Shown: piece by piece, positions 11,547 through 21,947 of the stretch
How positions within the stretch are numbered: position 1 is the first letter of the stretch
Layout: each line of letters opens with the position of its first letter
Assembly (NCBI GenBank): GCA_963665325.3
Contig: OZ224045.1
Coordinates: forward strand, 1,760,001 to 1,824,000
Source: Alphaproteobacteria bacterium
Lineage (GTDB): Bacteria > Pseudomonadota > Alphaproteobacteria > Bin95
Direction: 5' to 3'
DNA: 64,000 nt
Notes under the pieces: generated by a model
Seen by the model: the letters and a program-made list of their open reading frames with translations, nothing else
Database searches by the model: none
Told to the model about the DNA's origin: nothing
Made by a program: the position numbers and the translations under genes

Positions 11547-11718
11547 CGCCCGGGCCTTCATCGGAAGCTTCCAGCGCCGCCAGCCGCCGCTCGACCCGGC
11601 GCAGCCTGGAAAGACTCTCGGCGAGCAGGCCCCCAAGCACGGCGGCGGCCGCGCCGTAGGCCGGCCAGACATAGGCGGCATAGCCACCCATGTTGAGAAA
11701 ATCGCTGAGCCCGCCCAT
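11536..11718 (-). CDS. ccmD: Heme exporter protein CcmD
   Basis: MGGYAAYVWPAYG signature; 60 aa; upstream of ccmE. Confidence 0.88.
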   Translation of the reverse strand: MGGLSDFLNMGGYAAYVWPAYGAAAAVLGGLLAESLSRLRRVERRLAALEASDEGPGDAS

Positions 11719-11795
11719 CGCCGCCGCTGGATAGCACGGCCGGGCGGGCCGTCAAGGCGGGAGGGCGGAAAGCCGGGCGTCCCGACGCGGAATCG

Positions 11796-13472
11796 TCACG
11801 AGGCCAGCAGCCGCGCGGCCAGGCTCCGGGCTTCGTCGAGCTCGCCCACGATCCGGTCTTCCGCAACGTGCCGCAACACATCGAAGGCGTTAAGGATGGA
11901 CTTCAGGTCGTCCGACATGCCGAGCACGATGATTTCCGTCTTCTCCTTGATGGCCCGGTCGAGCAGCAGTGCAATCACATGCGCGGCAGTGTCGTCGATA
12001 TAAGTCATGTGCGAGAAGTCGAAGATCACGATTTCATGCTCGCGAATATCGGCGCCGACCATCCGGACCAGCTTGCGGGAAGAGGCCACCGTGAATGCAC
12101 CCCGGAAGGCCAGCAGCCCGACGCGGGCGTCGTAGCGGCCGGCATCGCCTTCATCGGTGTCCGCGGCGAGGAAGGTCCGGTCGAGGAGCGGTACCGAAAT
12201 CACGCTGTCCAACTCCAGCTTCTCGAGCCGCACGGCGTGGGCGATGCCTGCGGCCACGAGCCCGAACGCTACCGCCGTCAGGGGAGCGACGAACGCTGTC
12301 AGCGCGAGCGTCAGCAGCATCACGGCCGCATATCCTCGCTGCATCTGCCTCAGGTGTCGGAGAAACCGCCAGTCGATCAGGCTCAAGCCCACTTTGATGA
12401 GTATGGCGGCCAGCGCGGCGAGCGGAATCGGTTCGGCGTAGCTGCCGAGACCCATGAGCAGCGCAAACAGGCATACGGCGCGGACAATACCGGCGACGAC
12501 CGTGCGGCCGCCGAACTGCAGGTTGATGAGTGTGCCCGGATTGGCGGCGCCGGGCATGGCGCCGAATATGCCTGCCGCCATGGTGCCGATGCCCTGGCCG
12601 ACCAGCTCCCGGTTGGGATTGTGCTGCCCGCCTGTGATGGAATCGGCCATCAGCGACATCATCAAGCTGTAGATCGAACCGATCAGGGCGATCAGGAGGG
12701 CCGGTTCGACCGCGGTGAGCAGGAAATCGAGCGAGGGCAGCACCAGGTTCGGGACCGGCAATCCGGTCGGCAACGGGCCGATCACCGCGACCCCGTCCAG
12801 CCAGAAGGCGCCAAGGGCCGTCCCGGCAATCAGCGCCGCGATCGGCGCCGGCAGCCATTTCTCCAGGGATCGCGGCCAGAAGATCAGGATCGCCATGGCG
12901 ACTGTTGCAACGACGGCGCTGTCGGTATCCGCCTGGAGAATGGCGGCGGGCAGCGCCCCGATCGTTGCGACCGCGCCGCGCGCGGCTATGTCCGTGCCGA
13001 GCACCGTCTGGACCTGGGACAGGATCAGGATGACGCCGATTCCCGAAATGAAGCCGGACAGCACCACATAAGGAATATACGCAACGAAGCGCCCGACCCT
13101 GAACAGGCCGAATAAAATCTGAAACGCCCCGGCCATCGCGGCGATGATGCCGATTTCGGGCAGGGTTGCGCCGCCTGAGGCGAGAATAACCGAAACGATG
13201 ACGGCAATTGCAGCACTCGGGCCGCTTGACTGGGCCCTCGTGCCGCCGAACAAGGCCGCGAAGAAGCCGACAATGACGACGCAGTAGAGTCCCGCGAGCG
13301 GCCCCATGCCTGACGCGATTCCGAGCGCCATGCCGCCGGTCAGCCCGGTGGCAAGCATCATCACGCCGCTCCGGGCGTCGGCCCCGAATATTTTCCAGCT
13401 GTAAGGTTCGCTGCTCGGGTCCGTCCAATGCCAGGCTCGCAGCAGCGGACCCGCCAGCGATCTCCCTATCAT
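11796..13472 (-). CDS. SulP/SLC26 anion transporter with STAS domain
   Basis: GLYCVVIVGFFAALFGG..QSSGPS, NRELVGQG and C-terminal STAS (IFDFSHMTYIDDT); start approximate. Confidence 0.9.
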   Translation of the reverse strand: MIGRSLAGPLLRAWHWTDPSSEPYSWKIFGADARSGVMMLATGLTGGMALGIASGMGPLAGLYCVVIVGFFAALFGGTRAQSSGPSAAIAVIVSVILASGGATLPEIGIIAAMAGAFQILFGLFRVGRFVAYIPYVVLSGFISGIGVILILSQVQTVLGTDIAARGAVATIGALPAAILQADTDSAVVATVAMAILIFWPRSLEKWLPAPIAALIAGTALGAFWLDGVAVIGPLPTGLPVPNLVLPSLDFLLTAVEPALLIALIGSIYSLMMSLMADSITGGQHNPNRELVGQGIGTMAAGIFGAMPGAANPGTLINLQFGGRTVVAGIVRAVCLFALLMGLGSYAEPIPLAALAAILIKVGLSLIDWRFLRHLRQMQRGYAAVMLLTLALTAFVAPLTAVAFGLVAAGIAHAVRLEKLELDSVISVPLLDRTFLAADTDEGDAGRYDARVGLLAFRGAFTVASSRKLVRMVGADIREHEIVIFDFSHMTYIDDTAAHVIALLLDRAIKEKTEIIVLGMSDDLKSILNAFDVLRHVAEDRIVGELDEARSLAARLLAS

Positions 13473-13667
13473 CGCGACTTCCGATACCGGGTTCCGGAAA
13501 TCATTATCGCCGGAGCCGGCCGGATCGCAAAATAACCGGGGGCCGGGAGGGTTGCATTCGGATTGCCGTGGGCTGCTTCCCTCCAGCGACTGCCCCCGGT
13601 CGCAGCGCAGCCGCACGAATCCCGCCGACAGCGCCGCCCTTCGGGTCGCGCTCAGGCGTCCGCCCTC

Positions 13668-13808
13668 GGCGGCGCTAACGCCGCCATCTGTATGATTTGC
13701 CGCGTTGCGCGCGGCGGCGTAAACGCCGCCATCTGTATGATTTGCCGCGTTGCGCGCGGCGGCGTAAACGCCGCCATCCAAACAAACTGCCGCGTTGCGC
13801 GCGGCGTC
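13668..13808. repeat. ~3 tandem 45-bp units made of GC-rich palindromes (REP-like)
   Basis: ACGCCGCCATCTGTATGATTTGCCGCGTTGCGCGCGGCGGCGTAA twice plus a variant third copy; junction hairpin GGCGGCGT-AA-ACGCCGCC. Confidence 0.85.
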
Positions 13809-13892
13809 GCGGGCCTCAACCGTAGGCTGTGCTACGCTTTTCGGCCTAACTCCTTGCGGAGCGAGCGCCTGGACAGCGATGCAGGCCGTGAC

Positions 13893-13914
13893 CCTGGTGA
13901 GAAATGCGGGTTAG
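13893..13914. repeat. Solo IS/MITE-like terminal repeat at the HU stop codon
   Basis: CCTGGTGAGAAATGCGGGTTAG matches the right arm of the 44312-44353 palindrome at 18/22 positions. Confidence 0.55.
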
Positions 13915-14183
13915 TTCACGGCGTCCTTGAGACGGTTGCCGGCCTTGAAGAGAGGTGTCTTCGAGAGGCCCACGGGAACGGGCTCGCCCGTACTCGGATT
14001 GCGTCCTATATGCGCCGGCCGCGTCCTTACGGAAAACCGACCGAAGCCCGATATGCGCACGACTTCACCGCGGGACAGCGCGTCTCCGATGGTCGCCAGC
14101 ATAGCATTGACCGCATTTTCTGCCGCGGCCTTGTTCAGTCCCGTCCTGTCGGCGACCCGGTTGACCAGATCTGATTTCTTCAT
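13911..14183 (-). CDS. hup: Histone-like DNA-binding protein HU
   Basis: MKKSDLV...GFGRFSV...GRNPSTGE..FKAG; 90 aa. Confidence 0.93.
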   Translation of the reverse strand: MKKSDLVNRVADRTGLNKAAAENAVNAMLATIGDALSRGEVVRISGFGRFSVRTRPAHIGRNPSTGEPVPVGLSKTPLFKAGNRLKDAVN

Positions 14184-14455
14184 GCGTTAAAACCCCGCCG
14201 TAATCGTGACGACCAACGAACCGGTACCGACGGTGTCGATACTCCGGCATCGCCGGGCCTGCGGTTGCCCGTCTCACCGCAAGCAATTTTCCCTAACGGC
14301 GTCAGGCCAAAAAATGAAATGCCGATTCCGACAACTTAGATGCAGATCGTGCATACCGCGGGCAATCCTTGCGAGCGACGATGCCCTCGGTCATGTCGAT
14401 GAACCTGTCGCGCACGACGTAATTCTGCGAAGGGCAAGGGGGACGCCCTCGATCC

Positions 14456-16867
14456 TCAGATGCCGCGCATCCTGCGGCTTCCCGGATCGTAGAGGGGCCT
14501 GAGCGACGCCTCGGCGGGGACGATGGCGCCGGCGACGTTTATGGCGAATGCGCCGGCCTCGAAGGCGTCCGCCGGGACATAGCCGAGGCCCACCGCCCCG
14601 CCCAGCGCGTGCCCGTAATTGGCGGAGGTCAGCGTTTCGACCGTGCGGCCGTCGGCCAGGATAGGCTCGTGGCCGTAGAGCAGCGGCTCGGGGTCCAGCA
14701 GGCGGAACTGCATCAGCCCGCGCGAGGGGCCGGCGTCCCGGGCGCGGAGAAAGGCGTCGCGCCCGAGGAAATCCTTGGCGTCGGGCTTCACGGCGAAGGC
14801 GAGGCCGGCATCGACCGGGTTGTCCGAGGGGGCGATGTCGTGGCCCCAGTGCCGGTAGGCCTTCTCGATGCGCAGGCTGTCGAGCGCGTGCATCCCGATG
14901 GGTGCGGCGCCCGCCTCTCGCAGTGCCGCGAACATACGCGCCGCCTCGGCCCAGGGCACATAGAGCTCCCAGCCGAGCTCGCCGACATAGCTGATGCGCG
15001 ACGCCCGGACCGGGGCGCCTGCGACCTCGATCTCCTGCGAGGTCCCGAACGGGAAGGCGTTGTCCGAAAGGTCGGCCGATGTCAGCGGCGCGAGCAGGCG
15101 GCGTGAGGCGGGGCCCATGACCGCGAACACGGCAAGGTCGTCGGTGATGTCGGCGAGCTCCACGCGCCTGTCGCGGGCCTCCATGCGGAGCCGGGCCAGG
15201 TCGCGCGCCGCCGCAGCCGCGGCCGTCACCACCATGTAGCGCGACTCGTCCAGCCGAGTGACGGTCAGGTCGGCTTCAATGCCTGCCGCCGCATTCAGCC
15301 ATTGTGTGTAGATGACGCTTCCCGGCGGGCGGCCCATGTCGTTGGCCGAGACCCATTGCAGCAGCGCCTCGGCGTCCGGCCCTTCGACCAGGATCTTGCC
15401 GAAGGAGGTGAGGTCGAAGACGCCGACAGCCTCCCGGACACGCATGTGCTCGGCGGCGCTCGCCCCGAACCAGTTCTGCCGCCCGTAGCTGTATTCGTAG
15501 GCAGGCGTCTCGCCGGGCGGAGCGAACCAGTTGGCGCGTTCCCAGCCGGCCACCTCGCCGAAGCACGCGCCGGCCTCCGCCAGCGCATCGTGCGCGGGGG
15601 AGCGCCGCTCGCCGCGCGCGGTCTCGAATTGGCGGTAGGGCCAGTGCATCGCGTAGAGCAGGCCGAGCGCCTCGCTGACACGGGCTTCCAGATAGGTCTT
15701 GCCGTTCTGGAAGGGCTGCATCCGGCGCGGATCGAAGGCCGAGAGGTCGCAGGGCGGCACGCCCGCCTCGATCCAGGCCGCCAGCCGCTGGCCGATGCCG
15801 CCGGCCGCCTGGATGCCGATGGAGTTGAAACCGGCCGCGATCCAGAAGCCCTCGACATTGCCGGCGGGACCCAGATGGAACGCCTGGTCCGGGGTGAAGC
15901 TCTCGGGCCCGTTGAAGAACAGCCGGATGCCGGTCTCGCGCAATGCCGGCACCCGGTGCAGCGCACCCTCCAGTATCGGCTCGAAATGCTCCCAGTCGTC
16001 GGGAAGCTGGTCGAAGCAGAAATCCTCCGGGATGCCGTCCATGCCCCAGGGCTTCGCCTCCGGTTCGAAGGCGCCGATCAGCAGCTTGCCGGCATCCTCC
16101 TTGTAATAGGCCGAGCTGTCCTGGTCGCGCATGACCGGAAGACCGGCTTCCACGCCCTCCATCGGCTCCGTCACGATGTAGAAATGCTCCGCCGCGTGCA
16201 ACGGCACGGGGGTCCCGGCCATCAGGCCGACCTCGCGCGCCCACATGCCGGCGCAATTCGCAACGCAGTCGGTCGCGACCGGTCCGGCTTCGGTCTCGAC
16301 GCCGGTGACGCGGCCGCCTACCGCGCGGATGCCCGTGACCTTCACATTCTCCAGCAATACGGCTCCGGCCTGCCGGGCGCCCCTGGCGAGCGCGGCGGCG
16401 GTGTCCGCCGGATTGGTCTGGCCGTCGCCGGCATAGAAGCTGCCGCCGATCAGGTCATCGACATGCATCAGCGGCCAGAGGCGCTTCAGGTCCTCGGGCG
16501 TGCAGAACTCGATCTCGGCGCCATAGGCGCGCGCGCTGGCGGCCGAGCGCTTCAGTTCCTCCCACCGCTCGGCATTGCCGGCGGTGTAGATCGAGCCCGT
16601 TTGCCGGTATCCGGTGGTCTGTCCCGTCTCGGCCTCCAGCTCTGCATAGAGCCGCGACGAATCGGTGAGGATGGCGGCGAGCGTCGGATGAGGAGCGGCA
16701 GAGCGCACCAGGCCGGCGGCATGCCAGGTGGTGCCGCAGGTGAACTGCTTGCGTTCCAGCAGCAGCACGCCGTCGCGGCCGGCCTTCGCGAGATGGTAGG
16801 CGAGGCTCAGGCCGACAATGCCGCCGCCGACGATGACGATGGATGCGTGGGAGGGGAGGGTAGCCAT
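14456..16867 (-). CDS. GcvT-family FAD oxidoreductase (sarcosine/dimethylglycine dehydrogenase-like)
   Basis: GGGIVG Rossmann motif, GTTWHAAG, NGPESFTPD and C-terminal aminomethyltransferase (SYVGELGWEL, SLRIEKAY). Confidence 0.92.
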   Translation of the reverse strand: MATLPSHASIVIVGGGIVGLSLAYHLAKAGRDGVLLLERKQFTCGTTWHAAGLVRSAAPHPTLAAILTDSSRLYAELEAETGQTTGYRQTGSIYTAGNAERWEELKRSAASARAYGAEIEFCTPEDLKRLWPLMHVDDLIGGSFYAGDGQTNPADTAAALARGARQAGAVLLENVKVTGIRAVGGRVTGVETEAGPVATDCVANCAGMWAREVGLMAGTPVPLHAAEHFYIVTEPMEGVEAGLPVMRDQDSSAYYKEDAGKLLIGAFEPEAKPWGMDGIPEDFCFDQLPDDWEHFEPILEGALHRVPALRETGIRLFFNGPESFTPDQAFHLGPAGNVEGFWIAAGFNSIGIQAAGGIGQRLAAWIEAGVPPCDLSAFDPRRMQPFQNGKTYLEARVSEALGLLYAMHWPYRQFETARGERRSPAHDALAEAGACFGEVAGWERANWFAPPGETPAYEYSYGRQNWFGASAAEHMRVREAVGVFDLTSFGKILVEGPDAEALLQWVSANDMGRPPGSVIYTQWLNAAAGIEADLTVTRLDESRYMVVTAAAAAARDLARLRMEARDRRVELADITDDLAVFAVMGPASRRLLAPLTSADLSDNAFPFGTSQEIEVAGAPVRASRISYVGELGWELYVPWAEAARMFAALREAGAAPIGMHALDSLRIEKAYRHWGHDIAPSDNPVDAGLAFAVKPDAKDFLGRDAFLRARDAGPSRGLMQFRLLDPEPLLYGHEPILADGRTVETLTSANYGHALGGAVGLGYVPADAFEAGAFAINVAGAIVPAEASLRPLYDPGSRRMRGI

Positions 16868-16954
16868 GACGGGGCGAGTCTAGGCGGGAACGCTTCCCGC
16901 CGGAAGCGGAACCGTGCCAATCTGGCGCCTTTCGTATTGGAAGGGTCCCGCCCC

Positions 16955-17854
16955 ATGGACTTGCCTGCCCTCAGCCTCACCGCCGTCCCCGGCCGCCGCC
17001 TCGCAACGCTCGAACTCGCCCGCGAGATCGAGCGGCGCGGTTTTGCCGGTATGTGGGTGCCGAGTCCGTTCAGCGGCCTCGGGCTTTGCCACGCGCTCGC
17101 CCATACGACCGAGCGGGTGACCTTCGCTACCTCCATTGCGCCGATCTATTTCCAGCAGGCGGAGGAGTTCGCGCAGGCGGCGGCCTTCATCCACGAGGTC
17201 TCGGGCGGGCGGTTCCGCTTCGGCATCGGCGTGTCGCACCAGCCGACGCATGAGCGCATGGGGATCAGGCCCGGCAAGCCGCTTGGCGATATCCGCGCCT
17301 TTGTGGAGGAAATCCGGGGCGTGCCGCGCACGGGCGGGCTGCCGCCGGTGGTGCTGGCGGCGATGCGGCCGCGGATGATCGCGCTCGCCGGCGAGATCGC
17401 CGAGGGCATCGTGTTCGCCAATGCCGCGCGCAGCCACATACCGGCCTCGCTGGAGGCGCTGCCGGCCGGGAAGCGCGGCGATGCGGGCTTCGAGGTTGCC
17501 TGCATGACGCCGACCTGCGTTTCCGACGACCTGGAAGCGGGCAAAGCGGTCAACCGCCGCACGCTCACCCGCTATGCCCAGCTGCCCTACTACCGGAACT
17601 ACTGGAAGGACGCGGGCTACCGGGAGGAGATGGAAGCGGTCGAGCGCGCCATGCCCGAAGGCGATGCGGCGGTCTCCGCCTGCCTGTCGGATCGCTGGCT
17701 CGCCGATGTCACGCTGTTCGGCCCGCCGGCCAGGATTCGCGAGGGCGTCGAGGAGTTGCGCGCCGCCGGTGTCACCACTCCGATTCTGGTCCCGTCGTCG
17801 GCCGCCGGCAACCAGATGAAGGCGTTCGAGGAGGTGATGGCGGCGTTCGGGTGA
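16955..17854 (+). CDS. LLM-class flavin-dependent oxidoreductase
   Basis: C-terminal part of ORF 15302..17854; SGGRFRFGIGVSH and LAGEIAEG luciferase-like motifs. Confidence 0.85.
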   Translation: MDLPALSLTAVPGRRLATLELAREIERRGFAGMWVPSPFSGLGLCHALAHTTERVTFATSIAPIYFQQAEEFAQAAAFIHEVSGGRFRFGIGVSHQPTHERMGIRPGKPLGDIRAFVEEIRGVPRTGGLPPVVLAAMRPRMIALAGEIAEGIVFANAARSHIPASLEALPAGKRGDAGFEVACMTPTCVSDDLEAGKAVNRRTLTRYAQLPYYRNYWKDAGYREEMEAVERAMPEGDAAVSACLSDRWLADVTLFGPPARIREGVEELRAAGVTTPILVPSSAAGNQMKAFEEVMAAFG

Positions 17855-17867
17855 AGCTTCGCTTTCG

Positions 17868-18953
17868 TCAAAGCGCGTCGTAGTCGAGCACCACTTCGCG
17901 CGTCAGCGGGCGAGACTGGCAGGTGAGGACGAAGCCGGCTTCCAGCTCCCAGGGTTCCAGCGAGTAGTTTTGCACCATATCGACGCGGCCGGAGACGAGC
18001 CGCGCCCGGCAGGTGCAGCACATGCCGCCCTTGCAGGAGAAGGGCAGGTCGAGGCCGTGGCGGCGCCCGGCGTCGATGATGCGTTCGCCGTCGAAGCCCA
18101 TGGCGAAGCGCCGGCGCGCACCGTCCAGCACCACAGTGACCTCGGCGGCCCCTGCGTCTCGTTCCTCGGCAGCGACCGCCTGGGGAACGACGATCTGTCC
18201 GGGATTGCCGGTGAACCGCTCGGTGCGGAGGCGGGACGCCGCCATGCCCGCCGCCATGAGCGCGCCCGGCACGACCTCTGCCATATCGCCCGGCCCGCAG
18301 ACCAGCGCTTCGTCGAATGCCTCGGCCGGGCCGAATGCTTCCATCAGCGCATGTGTCTTCGCGGTGTCGATGCGGCCCTGGCAGAGCGGTACGTCCTGGT
18401 CCTCGCCGGAGAGGACATGGAGGACCGAGAAGCGGCCGAGATGCCGGCTCTTCAGGTCGTCCAGTTCGTCCCGGAAGATCACGTCGCCTGCGACCCGGTT
18501 GCCGTAGAACAGCAGCACCTCGCTCTCCCGCTCCGAGGCGAGGACCGTGCGCGCGACGGAGATCACCGGCGTGATGCCGCTGCCGGCGGCGAACAGTGCG
18601 TAGCGCCCCCGGCTGCCTGGCGTGAGCGGGCGGTGGAAACGGCCGTCCGGCGTCATGACGGAGAGCGCGTCGCCGGGCTTGAGTTCATGATTGACCCAGC
18701 CGGAAAAGCGTCCGCCGGGCACTTCCTTCACGGCGATGCGCAACTCATCCTCGTCGCGGCCCGAGCAGATCGAGTAGGACCGCCTGACCTCCTCGCCGTC
18801 GAAGTCGCGGCGGAGCGTCAGAAACTGTCCCTGCACGAACCGGTAGGCGTCTGCCAGCGCCTCCGGAACCTCGAACGCTACCGACACACAGTCAGCGGTT
18901 TCCCGGCGGACTTGCGCAACGGTGAGATCGTGGAAACGCGGCCTTACAGGCAC
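17868..18953 (-). CDS. paaE: Phenylacetyl-CoA epoxidase reductase subunit
   Basis: RRSYSICS, AAGSGITP and C-terminal 2Fe-2S motif CKGGMCCTC. Confidence 0.92.
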   Translation of the reverse strand: MPVRPRFHDLTVAQVRRETADCVSVAFEVPEALADAYRFVQGQFLTLRRDFDGEEVRRSYSICSGRDEDELRIAVKEVPGGRFSGWVNHELKPGDALSVMTPDGRFHRPLTPGSRGRYALFAAGSGITPVISVARTVLASERESEVLLFYGNRVAGDVIFRDELDDLKSRHLGRFSVLHVLSGEDQDVPLCQGRIDTAKTHALMEAFGPAEAFDEALVCGPGDMAEVVPGALMAAGMAASRLRTERFTGNPGQIVVPQAVAAEERDAGAAEVTVVLDGARRRFAMGFDGERIIDAGRRHGLDLPFSCKGGMCCTCRARLVSGRVDMVQNYSLEPWELEAGFVLTCQSRPLTREVVLDYDAL

Positions 18954-19396
18954 TTGAAGCGCTCGAACGGTTCGCGGCAGCCAAGGCAGCGCCAGAGCGC
19001 CTTGCAGGGCGTGGAGCCGAACCGGCTGAGTTCCTCCACCTCCGCGCCGCCGCAATGCGGGCAGGCGACGGGTCCGCGGGTGGGCGGCGCGATGCCGTAG
19101 GCGGCGAGTTTGGCCTTGCCGGCCTCGGACATCCAGTCCGTGGTCCAGGCGGGCGCAAGGCAGGTCTCGACGATGGCATCCGCAAAGCCGCCACCGGCGA
19201 GCGCCGCCTCGACATCGCGGCGGATCGCATCGCTTGCAGGGCAGCCGCTATAGGTCGGCGTCAGCTGCACGACCAGCCTGCCGCCTTCGTCCGCCACGTC
19301 GCGGACAAGGCCCAGATCGCCGGCAGTCAGCACCGGGATTTCCGGGTCCGGCACCGCCTCCGCCAGCCGGCGCGCTTCCTCCGCACGGCTCACCAT
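18944..19396 (-). CDS. paaD: Phenylacetyl-CoA epoxidase subunit D
   Basis: DPEIPVL, TPTYSGCPA, CPHCG and FGSTPCKAL motifs. Confidence 0.93.
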   Translation of the reverse strand: MVSRAEEARRLAEAVPDPEIPVLTAGDLGLVRDVADEGGRLVVQLTPTYSGCPASDAIRRDVEAALAGGGFADAIVETCLAPAWTTDWMSEAGKAKLAAYGIAPPTRGPVACPHCGGAEVEELSRFGSTPCKALWRCLGCREPFERFKCL

Positions 19397-20145
19397 TCCG
19401 CTCCCGGATAGGCGCGCTGCATGAACTGGAACTCCGCCAGCAGATGGCCCAGATGCTCGCTGTGCCGGCCCTGCCGTCCGCCGAGGCGGATGCCTGCGCC
19501 TTCCGGCGGCGTCAGCCCGGCCTCCTCCAGCACTGGCCCGACCCGCGCCTGCCAGGGCGCTCGGAGTTCAGACGGCGCAACGGCAATGCCCTTCTCCACC
19601 AGCGCCGCCGCCACCTCGTCGGCCTCGAAGATTTCGCCGGCATAGGGCCAGAGCGTATCGAGGCCTGCCTGGGCCCGCTGGTGGCTTTCCTCCGTGCCGT
19701 CGCCCATGCGGACCACCCAGGCGGCACTCTGCTCCACATGGTAGGCGGCTTCCTTGGCGGCCTTGCCGGCGATGCCTGCCAGCACGTCGTCACGGGAAGC
19801 CGACAGGCGCGGCCAGAGCTCGACCGTATAGGCATCGAACAGGAACTGGCGCACCATCGTTTGCGCGAAATCGCCGTTCGGCTGCTCGACCAGCAGCAGG
19901 TTGGAGAAATCGAGCACATCGCGCCCGTAGGCGAGCGCATCCTCGTCCCGGCCCGCGCTTTCCCGGTCGCCGGCATGGGAAAGCAGCAGGCGCGCCTGTC
20001 CGAGCAGGTCGAGGGCGGTATTGGCGAGCGCGATATCCTCCTCAAGTTCCGGCCCGTGCCCGACCCATTGCGAGAGGCGGTGGCTGAGGATGAGCGCATC
20101 GTCGCCGAGGCGCAGCGCATACGCGGCGGTCAGCGCGTCCGCCAT
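19390..20145 (-). CDS. paaC: Phenylacetyl-CoA epoxidase subunit C
   Basis: LGDDALILSHRL, GPELEEDIAL and KEAAYH motifs. Confidence 0.94.
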   Translation of the reverse strand: MADALTAAYALRLGDDALILSHRLSQWVGHGPELEEDIALANTALDLLGQARLLLSHAGDRESAGRDEDALAYGRDVLDFSNLLLVEQPNGDFAQTMVRQFLFDAYTVELWPRLSASRDDVLAGIAGKAAKEAAYHVEQSAAWVVRMGDGTEESHQRAQAGLDTLWPYAGEIFEADEVAAALVEKGIAVAPSELRAPWQARVGPVLEEAGLTPPEGAGIRLGGRQGRHSEHLGHLLAEFQFMQRAYPGAEW

Positions 20146-20457
20146 CTACATGTTCTCGACGTCTTCGGGGAGGTCGTAAAAGCTCGGATGGCGGTAGATC
20201 TTCGACATCGCCGGCTCGAACAGCATGTCCTTGTCTGCCGGGTCGGAGGCGAAGATGTGTTCGGAGGCGACGACCCAGATGCTCGTGCCCTCGCCGCGCC
20301 TTGTATAGACATCGCGGGCGCGGGCCAGCGCCATTTCCGGGTCGGCGGCGTGCAGCGAGCCGCAATGGCGGTGGTGCAGTCCTGTGCGGGCCCGGATAAA
20401 CACCTCGAACAGCGGCCAGTCCCGCTCGTTCCCTGCTCTCTCGTCGCTATCGGACAT
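20146..20457 (-). CDS. paaB: Phenylacetyl-CoA epoxidase subunit B
   Basis: WPLFEVF...HCGSLHAAD...ARDVYTRRGEG motif. Confidence 0.93.
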   Translation of the reverse strand: MSDSDERAGNERDWPLFEVFIRARTGLHHRHCGSLHAADPEMALARARDVYTRRGEGTSIWVVASEHIFASDPADKDMLFEPAMSKIYRHPSFYDLPEDVENM

Positions 20458-20476
20458 GCCTTTCGCCCGCCGGACG

Positions 20477-21472
20477 CTATTCGGCCGCTGCCGCCACAAT
20501 CGTGCGCCCGCGCTTCTTGCGTGCATGGGCAGTCGCGGCCTCCCGCACCCAGGCGCCGTCCGCATGGGCCTTGCGGCGCGCGGCGAGGCGCTCGCGGTTG
20601 CAAGGCCCGTTGCCGGCCAGCACCTCGTTGAACTCGCTCCAGTCTATCTCGCCGAAGCGCCAGTGGCCGGTCTCTTCGTCGTAGCGGAGTTCCGGGTCGG
20701 GCGGTTCCAGGCCGATCAGGCGGGCCTGCGGCACGGCGGCGTCCACGAATTTCTGCCGGAGCTCGTCATTGGTGAAGCGCTTGATCTTCCAGCGCATCGA
20801 ACGCGAGGTGTGCGCGGATTCGGCATCGGAGGGGCCGAACATCATCAGCGACGGCCACCACCAGCGGTCGAGCGCATCCTGCGCCATCCGCTTCTGCGCC
20901 GCCGTCCCCTGGGCGAGGCGGGAGATGGCTTCGTAACCCTGGCGCTGGTGGAAGCTCTCTTCCTTGCAGATGCGGATCATGGCCCGCGCATAGGGACCGT
21001 AGGAACATCGGCAGAGCGGGATCTGGTTCATGATCGCCGCCCCGTCCACCAGCCAGCCAACCGCGCCGATATCCGCCCAGGTTATCGTCGGGTAGTTGAA
21101 GATCGAGGAGTAGCGCGCCCGGCCTTCCAGCAGGCGGTCCACCATCTCCGCGCGCGAGACACCCAGCGTCTCCGCTGCAGCGTACAAGTAGAGCCCGTGC
21201 CCGCCCTCGTCCTGGATCTTGGCGAGCAGGATCGCCTTGCGGCGAAGGCTCGGCGCGCGGGTGAGCCAATTGCCCTCCGGTAACATTCCGACGATCTCGG
21301 AATGGGCGTGCTGGCTGATCTGGCGGATCAGCGTCTGCCGGTAGGCCTCCGGCATCCAGTCGTTGGGCTCGATCTTCTCCTCGCGGTCGATTTTCGCCTG
21401 GAAGCGGGCCAGCAACTCCGCATTCTCGGGTCCACCGTCCTCGACGGCCTGATTGAGGCCCTGCGTGTACAT
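20477..21472 (-). CDS. paaA: Phenylacetyl-CoA epoxidase subunit A
   Basis: [25 protein letters not shown] and [12 protein letters not shown] motifs. Confidence 0.96.
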   Translation of the reverse strand: MYTQGLNQAVEDGGPENAELLARFQAKIDREEKIEPNDWMPEAYRQTLIRQISQHAHSEIVGMLPEGNWLTRAPSLRRKAILLAKIQDEGGHGLYLYAAAETLGVSRAEMVDRLLEGRARYSSIFNYPTITWADIGAVGWLVDGAAIMNQIPLCRCSYGPYARAMIRICKEESFHQRQGYEAISRLAQGTAAQKRMAQDALDRWWWPSLMMFGPSDAESAHTSRSMRWKIKRFTNDELRQKFVDAAVPQARLIGLEPPDPELRYDEETGHWRFGEIDWSEFNEVLAGNGPCNRERLAARRKAHADGAWVREAATAHARKKRGRTIVAAAAE

Positions 21473-21539
21473 GCCCTGCAATGTGGGACCCGGCGCGGCC
21501 CATGTCGAGAGGAAAACGCGGCGTGCCCCGACCGCAGAT

Positions 21540-21947
21540 TCAGCCTGAAGCTGTCTCCAGCGCAATCACACCCTGAAGCGCCGCCAGCCGGCGGTCGAAC
21601 GTATAAAGCGCATCGGCGCCCGACCGCCGCGCGGCGGCCGCGATCATCCGGTCCGCGAAACCGGCGCCGCCCCCGCGATATCCATAGGCCGCGCGGATAA
21701 CGTCATCTCCTGCCTCAAAATGAAGCGCGTCGCCCGAAACCAGCTGTTCCAGCGCGGTCGCAATCCTGTCGCGGGAAAAGCCGTAACTCCGCTCGAGCAC
21801 CCAAACCACCTCCAAGGTGACTTCCCTGCAAACAAAGCCCGGCCGCTCCGGCGTAAGTTGCTCGAGCAGAGAGCGGGCGGCCTCCACCTGCTCCCGGTCG
21901 TCATCGATCAGAAAGCGCAGCAGAATGTTCGTATCGAGCGCAATCAA
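21540..21947 (-). CDS. vapC: VapC-like PIN-domain toxin
   Basis: [12 protein letters not shown]...E...FADRMI...YTFD PIN motif. Confidence 0.88.
   Translation of the reverse strand: MIALDTNILLRFLIDDDREQVEAARSLLEQLTPERPGFVCREVTLEVVWVLERSYGFSRDRIATALEQLVSGDALHFEAGDDVIRAAYGYRGGGAGFADRMIAAAARRSGADALYTFDRRLAALQGVIALETASG

Noticed and set aside
13668-13808. Possible mini CRISPR array, or a repeat-coded N-terminal extension of SulP
   Set aside because: Two units are identical, the variable part is only ~10 nt, and no cas genes are present. The peptide repeat arises only because 45 is a multiple of 3.
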